From assembly GCA_039208735.1 (NCBI GenBank), contig JBCCQY010000026.1, forward strand, positions 1 to 64,000: a DNA stretch of 64,000 bases. Reading direction: 5' to 3'. The notes below the pieces were generated by a model that worked only from the letters and a program-made list of their open reading frames with translations, was not told the origin of the DNA and ran no database searches. Origin of the DNA: Myxococcota bacterium. GTDB taxonomy: Bacteria; Myxococcota_A; UBA796; GCA-2862545. Position 1 is the first letter of the stretch. Every line of letters begins with the position of its first letter. Position numbers and translations under genes: made by a program. Shown one piece after another: positions 48,567 to 58,348 of this stretch.

Positions 48567-49765
48567 GGTGGGTCCTCCGAGCGCAGCCAGCGGAGAACGC
48601 GCGGGAGTCGGCCGCCGATGAGGAAGTCCTCGCGTTGACACAAGACGTAGGCGGCCCCCGCTAGACCTGCGGCAATTCCAAGATTTACAAAGCTCGCAAG
48701 CCCAATGTCAGCCCACTGTAGCTCACCAATCGCGCCGCGTTGTAGCGCCTGCACCGCATTCAACATGGGCACGGCACCGACCCAGGCGGGGGCTTGTCCA
48801 TCCACGAGCTGGAGCATGCCGGCTCCAGGCACGATGCCGAGGACCATCGCCGCCGTGCAGAGCGTTTCGGACTCGCGATAGTTCCGACCCAACAACGACA
48901 AGAGCAACATCACCGAACTGACCAGCACCCCGGTGGTGAGCCAGACCACCGCTCCAATCGCCAACTCGGGACTTGGGACGTCAATCAGGAATCGGTCGGG
49001 AATGGCGTCGTCCAGCACCTGTTGCAGTCGGGCCAGCGTGAGCGCCATCGCGAATGCGTTGGCGATGCCCGCCAACAACACCATGGCGATGCATGCGAGG
49101 GTCTTGCCGACGAACCAGGTGGCCCGGGGGGCGGACGAGACCAGTAAGGTCTCCAGGGTTTGGCGTTCGCGCTCGGTTCCGAACAGGTCGATGGCCGGGT
49201 ACACCCCTCCAAACAGCATGGGAAACACGGCGACGAACGCCACCATCAGAGCCCCGACCTTCCGGCCGACCTTGGTGCGGCCGCCTTGGATGGCATGGTC
49301 GAAGTCGATGGCCAGCCATCCGGCTTGAGGGTCGTCCACGAGAGCGTCAAAGCGGTCCTTTCGGAGTTCGTAGAGCGTGTCTTTGACCTGACGAAGGGCT
49401 CGCTTGGAGCGCGGACGCGGGGCCGCGTGCAAAAGCTCGACCCGCCAGCGTTCTGCTGTGGTCGCGGTGCGGATGGTCAGGTCGACTTCACCCGATTCGA
49501 CGAGCGAATGGGGCTCGCCAACCAGCTCCTGCAAAGCGATGGATGGCGAATGGAGCGCCTCGCGCAGCGCTGCCGGAGCCTCGACGTCGAGCGCAACGTC
49601 ATAGACTTCGCGCTCCATTCGAGTGACTTCCTGAAGTCCAAACTGGCTTGCAACCCAGAATATTGCTGGGTACAAGATGACGGGTCCCACGAGGAAGGCG
49701 ATCACCGACGGGTCCCGCAACAGGCGCCCCAGCTCTGTCACGGTGACGGTGAGCACTCGGTTCAC
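48563..49765 (-). CDS. Second NatB-like ABC permease
   Basis: ELGRLLRD, YPAIDL...ERERQTLETLL, GK, multiple TMs. Confidence 0.88.
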   Translation of the reverse strand: MNRVLTVTVTELGRLLRDPSVIAFLVGPVILYPAIFWVASQFGLQEVTRMEREVYDVALDVEAPAALREALHSPSIALQELVGEPHSLVESGEVDLTIRTATTAERWRVELLHAAPRPRSKRALRQVKDTLYELRKDRFDALVDDPQAGWLAIDFDHAIQGGRTKVGRKVGALMVAFVAVFPMLFGGVYPAIDLFGTERERQTLETLLVSSAPRATWFVGKTLACIAMVLLAGIANAFAMALTLARLQQVLDDAIPDRFLIDVPSPELAIGAVVWLTTGVLVSSVMLLLSLLGRNYRESETLCTAAMVLGIVPGAGMLQLVDGQAPAWVGAVPMLNAVQALQRGAIGELQWADIGLASFVNLGIAAGLAGAAYVLCQREDFLIGGRLPRVLRWLRSEDPP

Positions 49766-50568
49766 GAGATCCGATCCGCCCCACGCCAGGCCCGCCACCG
49801 TTGGTCGAAGGTGATGCGGTCGGGGTAGCCCTCAACGGCTGGATCAGGATGCTCGGGGTGGCCAGGGAGCAAAAGCTCAATGCTCTGGTCGGGAAACCGG
49901 ATGATGGGCTCGATGGCGCGCGCAACCCAAGGCGGGCGAGCCAGCGCCTCGGCCATGCGGTCGAACTTCGCGAGCTGGATGAGGGTCCACCACGTGGGAG
50001 GCGCAAGCGGAAAGTCTTGGTTGGCCATGGCAAGGGCCTGCTTTGGAGCGATCCATCGGCTGTCGACGGTCTCGATGGTGTCGTGCTCACCTTCGGCGTC
50101 TTGGGCGGGGACGGCGAAAAACAGGGCTTCGAAACGCCGGCGCTCTTGTTTTGGCGTCACCCACCACGCCCACGGAATGAGTTGGCCTAGGTCGACCGGG
50201 CCGGCGCCGTCTTCGAGCACCTTGGCCATCGACAACTCCCCCGCGTGCAGCGCCTTGCGTCGGGTGGCGTCAGGTTGGCCCGTGCCCAGCCACACTCCGG
50301 ATTCCTCAAAGGTTTCGCGGACGGCGGCGACTCCGAAGCCTGCGGCGTCTTCGGCCTGGCGTGCGAGCCGTTCGGCGAGGGGAGCGGTTCCCAAGACCCG
50401 CGAGTGGGCGGCGAGCTGGTCGGTCTCATCGACCCGACCGCCGGGAAACACCCACGCGTTCGGCATGAACCCGCTGCGATGATGACGTTGCACCATGAAG
50501 ACTTCGAGGCCCTCGGTCCCGTCGCGAAGCAGAAGGACGGTGCTGGCGGGGCGGAGTTCTACGGTCAC
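49762..50568 (-). CDS. NUDIX hydrolase (NUDT19-like)
   Basis: RPASTVLLLRD, WVFPGGRVD, AAVRETFEESG, WVTP...RRF, LAPPT. Confidence 0.9.
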   Translation of the reverse strand: MTVELRPASTVLLLRDGTEGLEVFMVQRHHRSGFMPNAWVFPGGRVDETDQLAAHSRVLGTAPLAERLARQAEDAAGFGVAAVRETFEESGVWLGTGQPDATRRKALHAGELSMAKVLEDGAGPVDLGQLIPWAWWVTPKQERRRFEALFFAVPAQDAEGEHDTIETVDSRWIAPKQALAMANQDFPLAPPTWWTLIQLAKFDRMAEALARPPWVARAIEPIIRFPDQSIELLLPGHPEHPDPAVEGYPDRITFDQRWRAWRGADRIS

Positions 50569-53183
50569 GGGGTCACCTCGATTCCCGCTACCATGCGCCA
50601 GGCCGGGGCCCCGAGTCCACCGGTGAGGCCTCGCCCGAGGGCCACGCGCGGGTTGACGACGGCCCAGTGGGTCCGCACGCCGAGGTGCGCGGTGACCGGA
50701 TTCGCGCCGGGCGCCCCAAGACTCGTCAGCGCGTGTTCGGCATTCAATTCGGCGCTGACCACGAGGGGCGACGTGGTCCACGCGGCCCCGAGGGCCCATT
50801 GTAGGGCGGGGCCGAGCGAGAGAGGTCCAAGATCATCGCCCGCACGGCTTCGACCTCCAATGCGGACTGCGACCTCCACCGGTCCCCAGGACGTCCCGAG
50901 CAATACGCCTCCGCGTGCGACAGGTCGTTCCGCCGAAAGCCAAGCCTCGGGTCGGCCCGTGGGGAGCCGCAGACCACCGAACACGCCGATGCGAAGGGCA
51001 TCCGCAGTCCCAACCAAGCGGATGCGCCCCTGCAGGTCGAGGTCTCCCAGACGGGGCGAGGTGTCGATCTCGAAGCCCTGAACCCAAGCGTGGACGGGCA
51101 GGTAGGCGCCGAAGTGGGCCCGATCCGTGCCCACCCAACCCCCAAGATGACTCGTGACGACCGTTTGTAGAAGGGCCAGGTCGGGCTGCGTTGCATCGTC
51201 GATCCGATAGACAAACGGCTCGCCCGTGATGCTTCCGGCAACGGCAAACCCGTGCCGAGACCGGTCGTCGAGCGGCGTTCGCTCCACCACCCAAAAGGGA
51301 CTAGCCTCGGCGCTTGGCGTGAATCGTGGCGCGTCGAGGGCGGTGCCGACTTGCGCCTGTGCGGTCAATGGCGCAACCGCAAGCCCACAGGCGGCCACAA
51401 GCCGGCGCCGGCGGAGTACCGCCACGGCGACCAGGATGAGCCCGATGTGGAGGGGGGACGCACCGGTGCGGCACGCCCCGCCGCCAAACGACCCCGGCTG
51501 GGCCAACGGATCTTGGGCGTCCGGGCGTTTGAGGGGCGAGCCAGCCGCGCCACCGGGAGGGTCCAGCGGGGCCGGGGTGCAATCGCCATCCTCGTCGTCG
51601 TCGTCCCGGAAATTGGGACGCCCGTCGCAATCGTCGTCCCCCGATCCCTCGTCGCGGTCGAGCCGACCGTCGTCGTCGGTGTCGAAGTCGAGGTAGTCCG
51701 CCCGGCCATCTCCATCAAAATCCGGAGTGAATCGGTCGTATTCAAACTCGTCGAGCAAGCCATCGTCGTCGCTGTCGAGGTCCCGTGCGTTCGCGATGCC
51801 GTCGCCGTCCCGGTCAAAGTAGCGCTCCTCCTCGTCGGGAATGGAATCGTTGTCGGCGTCCGCATCTTCGAAGTCTCGAAGGCCATCGTTGTCGCCGTCG
51901 GCGAGTCCCTCGAACCCATCGAGAAAGCCGTCGTCGTCCGCGTCCTCTTCGGTAAAGTCAGGCCGCCCGTCGTCGTCGGCGTCGCCCGTTCCTTCCACGC
52001 CGTCGATCAACCCGTCGTTGTCGGCATCGGGGTCCCGGAAGTTCGGAATTCCGTCGTTGTCGGGGTCTGCCAGGTCGTCGACGCCATCGGGGAGCCCGTC
52101 ATCGTCGCTGTCCTCGTCCGCGAAGTCGGCGGTGCCATCTCCGTCCGTGTCGCGGGCGCCTTCGATCGCATCGTCGATGCCATCGCCGTCACTGTCGACG
52201 TCGTCGATGGAGCCGACGAGCCCGTCGACCGGATCGACAATGCCGTCCCCGTCGCTGTCGACGTCATCGCTGGCCACCGTGGGGTCGGGCTCGAAGGGGC
52301 TTTGCGCGCCATTGCCATCCGCATCCTCGACCCCGTCGGAAAGCCCTCCGCCGTCGGTATCCGCTTGGTTGGGGTTGGTCTGGGTCGTGGGATCGGTGTC
52401 GGCCCTGAAGCACGCCGCAGCCGTGTCCGCGAGCGGTGTCGTGACCCCCAATTCCAGACCGTCGGGGAGGCCATCCCCGTCGCGGTCGCACTGCAGCGCA
52501 TCGATCAGGCCATCAACGTTGTCATCGCTGGCCTCGTCCAGGTCCACCACGCCGTCATCGTCCGAATCCGCATCGTCGGGGGCGGTTCCTAATCGCCGCT
52601 CCATTGGCTCGGAAAGCCCGTCGTGGTCGGTGTCGATGGCCACGGGGCCTTGGGTCGGTCCCACGTCGGTCCATCCGGCTGGCCAGGCGAGGGCGGCCAC
52701 CGACGTCGCGTGCAGCAGGGTCGCATCGTCGATGCCCAAGGTGGCGAGTTGCGAGCGTGAAACCTGAAGATCGATGGTGGACGGTGTGGCCCGGGTGTCG
52801 CCTGAATCCTCGTTGCCAATCACGTTCGCGGGGCCCCAGTCCACGACGTCAGGGCCCGGATTGGAACTCAAGTTTTCCCGAACCACGAGGTCGAGGTCGA
52901 CGCCCTGAACGAGCCACGCTTGTTCGTAGGTCGACGGGTCGCCATCCGTACTGATGAGCAGCCCGATGTCTTGGTCCAGGCCGGTGGGATCGATCGCGAC
53001 GCCAATGCGAAAGAAGACCGTGTCGTTGTCGGCATCCCAAGCCACCGCGGGGTCGCCTGCGAGGTCCGGGCCCGAGGCGTCGCCGGCCGGTTCGGCCTGG
53101 GCGGTGCCGATGGCGATCCAGTTCGCATCGTCCGGCCAGGGAGCCGCGGCTCCTGCCGTCGTGAGGGCGTAGAGCCACAGCAC
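50565..53183 (-). CDS. Surface protein: N-terminal domain, TSP3-like Ca-binding repeats, internal MYXO-CTERM-like signal, second signal peptide, C-terminal beta-barrel
   Basis: GGAGG RBS + GTG; DxDxDG repeats; GSFGGGAC-..LHIGLILVAVAVL-RRRR-LVAACGLAVAPLTAQA|Q; barrel-like strands (LGDLDLQGR, LRLPTG, GAPAWRMVAGI). Confidence 0.8.
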   Translation of the reverse strand: MLWLYALTTAGAAAPWPDDANWIAIGTAQAEPAGDASGPDLAGDPAVAWDADNDTVFFRIGVAIDPTGLDQDIGLLISTDGDPSTYEQAWLVQGVDLDLVVRENLSSNPGPDVVDWGPANVIGNEDSGDTRATPSTIDLQVSRSQLATLGIDDATLLHATSVAALAWPAGWTDVGPTQGPVAIDTDHDGLSEPMERRLGTAPDDADSDDDGVVDLDEASDDNVDGLIDALQCDRDGDGLPDGLELGVTTPLADTAAACFRADTDPTTQTNPNQADTDGGGLSDGVEDADGNGAQSPFEPDPTVASDDVDSDGDGIVDPVDGLVGSIDDVDSDGDGIDDAIEGARDTDGDGTADFADEDSDDDGLPDGVDDLADPDNDGIPNFRDPDADNDGLIDGVEGTGDADDDGRPDFTEEDADDDGFLDGFEGLADGDNDGLRDFEDADADNDSIPDEEERYFDRDGDGIANARDLDSDDDGLLDEFEYDRFTPDFDGDGRADYLDFDTDDDGRLDRDEGSGDDDCDGRPNFRDDDDEDGDCTPAPLDPPGGAAGSPLKRPDAQDPLAQPGSFGGGACRTGASPLHIGLILVAVAVLRRRRLVAACGLAVAPLTAQAQVGTALDAPRFTPSAEASPFWVVERTPLDDRSRHGFAVAGSITGEPFVYRIDDATQPDLALLQTVVTSHLGGWVGTDRAHFGAYLPVHAWVQGFEIDTSPRLGDLDLQGRIRLVGTADALRIGVFGGLRLPTGRPEAWLSAERPVARGGVLLGTSWGPVEVAVRIGGRSRAGDDLGPLSLGPALQWALGAAWTTSPLVVSAELNAEHALTSLGAPGANPVTAHLGVRTHWAVVNPRVALGRGLTGGLGAPAWRMVAGIEVTP
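51600..52196 (-). repeat. 7 x ~84-nt (28-aa) acidic DxDxDG coding repeat
   Basis: Units such as DSDGDGIDDAIEGARDTDGDGTADFADE, DSDDDGLPDGVDDLADPDNDGIPNFRDP, DADNDGLIDGVEGTGDADDDGRPDFTEE. Confidence 0.88.
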
Positions 53184-53246
53184 ATCCGCCTCCGGTTTGC
53201 CAGACGGTCTCCCTATCCCACCGAGCATCCCGATACAGTGCGCCAT

Positions 53247-56200
53247 ATGATGCTTGGCCTGCTTGCGGTGTGGTTTGGCGGCTTCGTCGTACTCGCAAAC
53301 CCAGAGGGTTCGGACGCTCCGGCGACCACCCTCCTCCACGACGTGGAAGTCCGGGTTGACGGATTGCTTCGGCTCACCGAGCGCGTGGTGTGGACCGTGC
53401 GAATCGATGATCCGGAGGCCTGTGCGGCGGGGGTGGCGGCGCCAGCGGGGTTGTCGGGGGCCACAGATCGCGGGGCGGTGATCCTTGACGATCTCTTGGT
53501 GATTCCTGATGCCTTGCCAGCCGGGACGGTGCTCACGTTGCGCGGGCAACGGTCTGCTTCGCCGCGTTTGCCCCATTCGGGCTTGCTCGTAGGGGTGCCG
53601 GGGGTTCCCGCCGCGCAAACGAGACTCTCGGTCACCACGCCCAGCAACACCGAACTGTCGGTGTGGGCCGATGAACGCGCCGTCGGTTCGTTTGTGAATC
53701 CCGATGTGCACGAGATGGTGTTCGAATGGGGGCCTCATTCGGGCGAGCAGCCGTCGCTTGCGAGCTACAGCACGTTCGCGAGTTGGGGCGAGGCGGGTCG
53801 CGTCTATCGCAGCTTGGTGGAAGCCAAGGTGGGACCAGGCCGCGAGCTGGGCAAAGCGGTAGCCCAAGACTTGGCCGGGCTGCCCGTCGTCCAGGTGGTC
53901 GAGCGAATGAACCAGCGCCTGCCTTTTGACCCCGAGCGCCCAGAGGGGTTCGAGGTCGCTCGGGCCACGCGCGTGCTTCGTGGGGTTGAGGGAGGGTCGG
54001 CCTCGGAGCGGGCCCTGCTGTTGACCACGATGTTGCGCACGGCAGGCTACGAGGCCTCGATCGTGTTGGTGCGACCTGCGTCGCAGCCGGGCCGATTTCC
54101 GGCGACCGTCGTGGCCCCCTTCGCGTATTCCGTGCCTGCGGTCCGCGTGACCCGTCCCGATCGACCTCCGCTTTACGTCGATCCCGCTTTGCCCCCCGGA
54201 GAGCGAGGGGGACTGCCGGCGACGCTTCGTGGGGCCGAGGTGTGGGCCTTTGGCGAGGTGCCAAAGCCCTTGCCCGTGACGTCGTTGTCCGATGGGACCG
54301 TCGCGGTGACGTCGTCGGTCGCGGTTTCGGAATCGGGAATGGCGGATTTTGAGGCGGTTCTTTCGGCCACAGGCGCCGCGGACGACGAGATCCGCATGCT
54401 GCTGCGGCCACTGGATGCCAAAGGCCGTGAGGAGGCGTGGCGTCGCCTGGTGGCGGTGGGATGGCCGCAGGCAGAGTCTGTGTCGGTCACCTTCGAGGGG
54501 CTTGACCGCCCCTCGGATGCCCTGATCGTGCGCACCCGCGGTCGAACGAAGGCGTTGCAGACCACATCCTACGGTGTCTCGGGGACCCTTCCACCTGTCC
54601 TCGCGCCCGCGCTAGGGGCGTGGCTTCCGCCCCGGTTGCGGGTCGAAGAGTCGCTCACCCTGACCCTGCCCGGGGATTGGCAGGTGCTGGGGGCGTCGAT
54701 CACCGAAGCGGCGTTTTCCGAGCGTGCTGAGATCGCCCGGACGATCGACCAAACGCAGGGTCGCGACGGAGTCGACCGCCTGCGGGTGGAGGTGCTGCGC
54801 CGGTCGTGGGAAGCGAGTCCCAGCGAGGAAGCCGAGGCGGTGCGTTTTCTCAAGACCCAGGCGCAAGAAGGCGTACGGCTGGTCATTGCATCGGGAGGGC
54901 CGGCCAAGGCGGCGCGACGGCTCGAGGGGTTCAGCGGAGCCGAGCAGGCGGCCTTGGAGGGGCTGGGGTGGGTAGCGGCAGGTCGGGTGGGCCGAGCCCG
55001 AAGCCGGTTCAAGGCAGCTGAGCGAGGACCCGGGCTCGAGTCGCTCGTCCGAGCGGTCTCGTTGTGGGCACCCCCTAGCGATGAACGGCCGTGGCGAGTT
55101 TTGGACAAGCTGTCCCGCAAGGACGACCGTTCTGCGGTGGCGGTCCTTGAAGGGCTCGCTCGGATCGGTGAGCAGACCTATGCCCGTCCGCTGATGGAGC
55201 GCCTCGCACGCAGTGAGGACCCCCAGGTCCGAACCCGGGTTGAACTTGTGAGAATTCGCTTCTTCGGGGAGCCCGGCGAGCCCCAACCGCCCGCGGAGGT
55301 AGCCGGAGACCGGCTTGCCGATCGAGAGCGGATTTGGCTTTCGTTGCACGCCTTGCGGCAGGGGCGCGTCGAGGCTGGACGAACCTGGGTCGAAGCCCTG
55401 GTCGACCCGTCGACGGTCGGGGCGCGAGCGGCACGGCTCGCGCTCTCCGCCTTCGATGCGGCCCCGCGACAGACGGTCGTTCGATTGGCCAAAGCGCTTC
55501 TCGCCGTGGCGCCGTCCGATCCGGAAGGGTTGGCGGCCGTGGCCCTCGCCTTGGCCGAGGTGAACGAGTTGAGGAGTGCCGCTGCCGTCCTTCGCACGGC
55601 GGCCCGACGCGAACCTCGGGTGGTCGCGCGATGGGATGCCGTGGTGGCGGCAGGGTTAGCCGCAGGCGACCTCCCGCTCGCACTTGACGCCGCGATGCGA
55701 GCGCATCGGTTGCGCCCGGAGGATGAGGCACTCGCCGAGCGGGTGGTGGGTTTGGCCGAGGCCCTTGGGGAACCGGGCCGCGTCACGTCGACCTACGAGG
55801 GGTTGGGTCGGTCCGTCCCTCCGGTTCCCCCATCGCTCGATGCGCGCATGGCCACGCGGCCCGAAGCGACGGCGGCCATCCTGAATGCCGCAGCGCTCCG
55901 GGATCGCCCGGATCGGTTGGCGGCACGGGCACGACTCCGCCTCTCGGTTGGGGATCGCCTTGGCGCCGCCCGCGATGGCATGGTGTTGGCCCATCGCCAC
56001 CGCGAACCGAATGGCTTGGTGATTGCGACCGCCGCAACTGCCGGCCAGCAGTTTGCGACCCCCCTGACCCGGGCGTTGACCGAGGCCGCTCCCACCAACG
56101 AGCGCGCCCGCACGGTACTGGCCGAGCGCGCTTGGATCACGGGAGACCCCACGCCAAAACGCATCGACGCGACGTCTTCGGATCGGTTGTCCCAAATGAT

Positions 56201-56648
56201 GGCGTTGATCGAACGTCCGCTTTCCAGTGCCAAAGAGCTGGAAGGATGGCCTGATCCGGCGCCCGTGGCGCGTGGACCGGTGCCCACGACCCCGGCGGTA
56301 CCCAATCGTTTTCTTGGCGCCCACCCCGGGGTTCAGGCGTGGTCAGACCACCGCGAACCGGTGGCCCTGTTGCAGGTGCCCGGAACGCTTTCGGTCTTGC
56401 CCCCTCCGTTGGGCCTTCTCTACACGCTCGACGCTCGGCCCGAACGGGACGACGCGGGCGTTTGGGTCGTTCGTTTGCGGGGAGGCGAATTGCCGTTGTA
56501 TGCCGCGCGGAGGTTCGTACAGGGTCACACGCGCTATGGTCTGGGATTCACTCCGTCAGGGGCGGAACGTGCGCTGCGCCGCGGATGGTCGACGTCACCG
56601 AGAGACGCAACGGCCTCACCCATCAGTCCCGACGGTGACAACCGATGA
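53247..56648 (+). CDS. Large exported DUF3857/inactive transglutaminase-like/TPR-like protein
   Basis: Signal-like N-terminus; STFASWGEAGRVY; GSASERALLLTTMLRTAGYEA (no catalytic Cys); Ala-rich helical repeats in the C-terminal half. Confidence 0.65.
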   Translation: MMLGLLAVWFGGFVVLANPEGSDAPATTLLHDVEVRVDGLLRLTERVVWTVRIDDPEACAAGVAAPAGLSGATDRGAVILDDLLVIPDALPAGTVLTLRGQRSASPRLPHSGLLVGVPGVPAAQTRLSVTTPSNTELSVWADERAVGSFVNPDVHEMVFEWGPHSGEQPSLASYSTFASWGEAGRVYRSLVEAKVGPGRELGKAVAQDLAGLPVVQVVERMNQRLPFDPERPEGFEVARATRVLRGVEGGSASERALLLTTMLRTAGYEASIVLVRPASQPGRFPATVVAPFAYSVPAVRVTRPDRPPLYVDPALPPGERGGLPATLRGAEVWAFGEVPKPLPVTSLSDGTVAVTSSVAVSESGMADFEAVLSATGAADDEIRMLLRPLDAKGREEAWRRLVAVGWPQAESVSVTFEGLDRPSDALIVRTRGRTKALQTTSYGVSGTLPPVLAPALGAWLPPRLRVEESLTLTLPGDWQVLGASITEAAFSERAEIARTIDQTQGRDGVDRLRVEVLRRSWEASPSEEAEAVRFLKTQAQEGVRLVIASGGPAKAARRLEGFSGAEQAALEGLGWVAAGRVGRARSRFKAAERGPGLESLVRAVSLWAPPSDERPWRVLDKLSRKDDRSAVAVLEGLARIGEQTYARPLMERLARSEDPQVRTRVELVRIRFFGEPGEPQPPAEVAGDRLADRERIWLSLHALRQGRVEAGRTWVEALVDPSTVGARAARLALSAFDAAPRQTVVRLAKALLAVAPSDPEGLAAVALALAEVNELRSAAAVLRTAARREPRVVARWDAVVAAGLAAGDLPLALDAAMRAHRLRPEDEALAERVVGLAEALGEPGRVTSTYEGLGRSVPPVPPSLDARMATRPEATAAILNAAALRDRPDRLAARARLRLSVGDRLGAARDGMVLAHRHREPNGLVIATAATAGQQFATPLTRALTEAAPTNERARTVLAERAWITGDPTPKRIDATSSDRLSQMMALIERPLSSAKELEGWPDPAPVARGPVPTTPAVPNRFLGAHPGVQAWSDHREPVALLQVPGTLSVLPPPLGLLYTLDARPERDDAGVWVVRLRGGELPLYAARRFVQGHTRYGLGFTPSGAERALRRGWSTSPRDATASPISPDGDNR

Positions 56649-56690
56649 TGTCACCGTGCTCGGCATCGGCGTACGTTAATCGGGGGGCGC

Positions 56691-57296
56691 ATGATTCGCT
56701 TTCTCCAGAACGCTGATGCTCTGGCTTCACGCTTACGTCCGGCGTGGATGTGGGCCGGACAACTCGGGGTCGTCGTGCTCGGCATCCACCTCGCAGCGGA
56801 CCGGCTCGATGACTACCTGGCACAGGCGCTGACGGCGACGGGAATCCCCTGGTCTGAGCCCCAAGTGCCCTTGGGACTGGGGACGTGGGGCGCGATCGCC
56901 ATCGAACTGTCGGTGGTGTTGTGGGCGGGTTGGACGCTCCTCGCAGCACAGGGCGACCGTGTCAGTGACTGGAGCATGCTTTGGCATCGCCGCAGCATTC
57001 ACACCGGACTTTCGCTCGTGGCTTGGCTACCCTTGGGGCTGGCAGGAGCCTGGGTTGTGGGCATGGCGGTGGAAGATCAGATGGCCAACTGGTCCCCGAC
57101 GGTTGCGTTGGCGCTGGGGGCCGTGGCCGCGATCGCGGTGGCCTGGCGTCTTACGTGGACGGGGTGGGTGCGCGTGGTTTCGCAAACGCCGGTGCCCAAG
57201 CGGCGGGTCCACGGATGGCCGTGGGCTGTGCCCGTGTTGATTGTGGCGGGCCTCGCCTTTCGTCATGGGCTGCCCATCTGGAGCTGGCTGCAGTGA
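56691..57296 (+). CDS. Hypothetical membrane protein (about 5 TM)
   Basis: Several hydrophobic Trp-rich segments; GTGA-coupled to the downstream M23 gene. Confidence 0.75.
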   Translation: MIRFLQNADALASRLRPAWMWAGQLGVVVLGIHLAADRLDDYLAQALTATGIPWSEPQVPLGLGTWGAIAIELSVVLWAGWTLLAAQGDRVSDWSMLWHRRSIHTGLSLVAWLPLGLAGAWVVGMAVEDQMANWSPTVALALGAVAAIAVAWRLTWTGWVRVVSQTPVPKRRVHGWPWAVPVLIVAGLAFRHGLPIWSWLQ

Positions 57297-58348
57297 CCAC
57301 CTTCACCCAGATGATCGCTACGCGAGCGGCGTTTCCGCCGACGCGGTCGCGAACTCCGGTGCCGGGCGGCCAGGGCGGACTCGTCGATCTGCTCATCGTG
57401 CTGATGGTGATGCTCACCGTGGCGTTTCGAACGCCGGTGGGGGGCATGCTGTACTACACCGCGGAACGCGTTCGGAACGAGAATGCTGAAATGCCCTCGC
57501 TTACGGCCTACTTCACGGCCGAAGAGAGTTGGATTTCGCCGTTCATCGGGGACCTCGAAGTCTTGCCGCCCGAGGAGTCGCCGCCCGAGCCCACCGATGC
57601 AGGAGCGGTGCCCGAGCCTTACCGCACGGCGGTCCGCGCCGCTTTGGCGGACGGTTTACCCCGCCATCTGAAGGACATCCTGCGCGAGCGGGGGTGGCAG
57701 CCTACGCCCGCCCAAGCCATGACCGTGCTCGATGAACTCTGGAGCGAGAAAGGCGACCCCGAACTCGTGCTCGAACTCGCCGCGATCGGGGCCGAACAGC
57801 GGGACCGCGCGGTGGCCCGGGCCGTCGCAGCCGGTGAATGGGAGCCTGAACGCTACGCAGGGCACCGACGCTACCTGCCCTCTCGTGCGATGCGGGATGG
57901 CGATCGATTCGTGTCGGGAGCCATGGCGCTTGCCACTGTGCTGCAAATCACCTGGCCCATTCAGATCCCTCACCGGCTCTCGTCCGGCTTTGGCTACCGC
58001 ATTCATCCGGTGCTGAAGGTCCGGCGCTTTCACAACGGCGTCGACATGAGTGTTGCGATCGGAACCCCCGTCGTGGCGGCGCAGTCCGGCCGGGTGACCT
58101 TGGTGGGCAACAGCAACACGAGCGGCAAGTATGTCGTCCTCGACCACGGTCATGGCGTGCGAACCTCCTATTTGCACCTCGACTCCCACGAGGTGAAGTG
58201 GGGCACCAACGTCGAAGCTGGTCAGCTGATTGCGACCTCGGGCAATTCGGGCATGTCGACGGGGCCTCACCTCCACTTTGTGGTGCGCGTCGGTGGCCGT
58301 GCCATTGACCCGGCGCGATTCAAGCCTGCCAACGTCGGCGACGAGTAA
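57293..58348 (+). CDS. Membrane-anchored M23 family peptidase
   Basis: SSGFGYRIHPV, FHNGVD, GKYVVLDHG, YLHL, SGNSGMSTGPHLHF. Confidence 0.92.
   Translation: MTTFTQMIATRAAFPPTRSRTPVPGGQGGLVDLLIVLMVMLTVAFRTPVGGMLYYTAERVRNENAEMPSLTAYFTAEESWISPFIGDLEVLPPEESPPEPTDAGAVPEPYRTAVRAALADGLPRHLKDILRERGWQPTPAQAMTVLDELWSEKGDPELVLELAAIGAEQRDRAVARAVAAGEWEPERYAGHRRYLPSRAMRDGDRFVSGAMALATVLQITWPIQIPHRLSSGFGYRIHPVLKVRRFHNGVDMSVAIGTPVVAAQSGRVTLVGNSNTSGKYVVLDHGHGVRTSYLHLDSHEVKWGTNVEAGQLIATSGNSGMSTGPHLHFVVRVGGRAIDPARFKPANVGDE

Noticed and set aside
51600..52196. 84-nt repeats as a possible array or DGR template/variable repeat
   Set aside because: They are protein-level DxDxDG repeats; no reverse transcriptase or adenine-specific divergence seen
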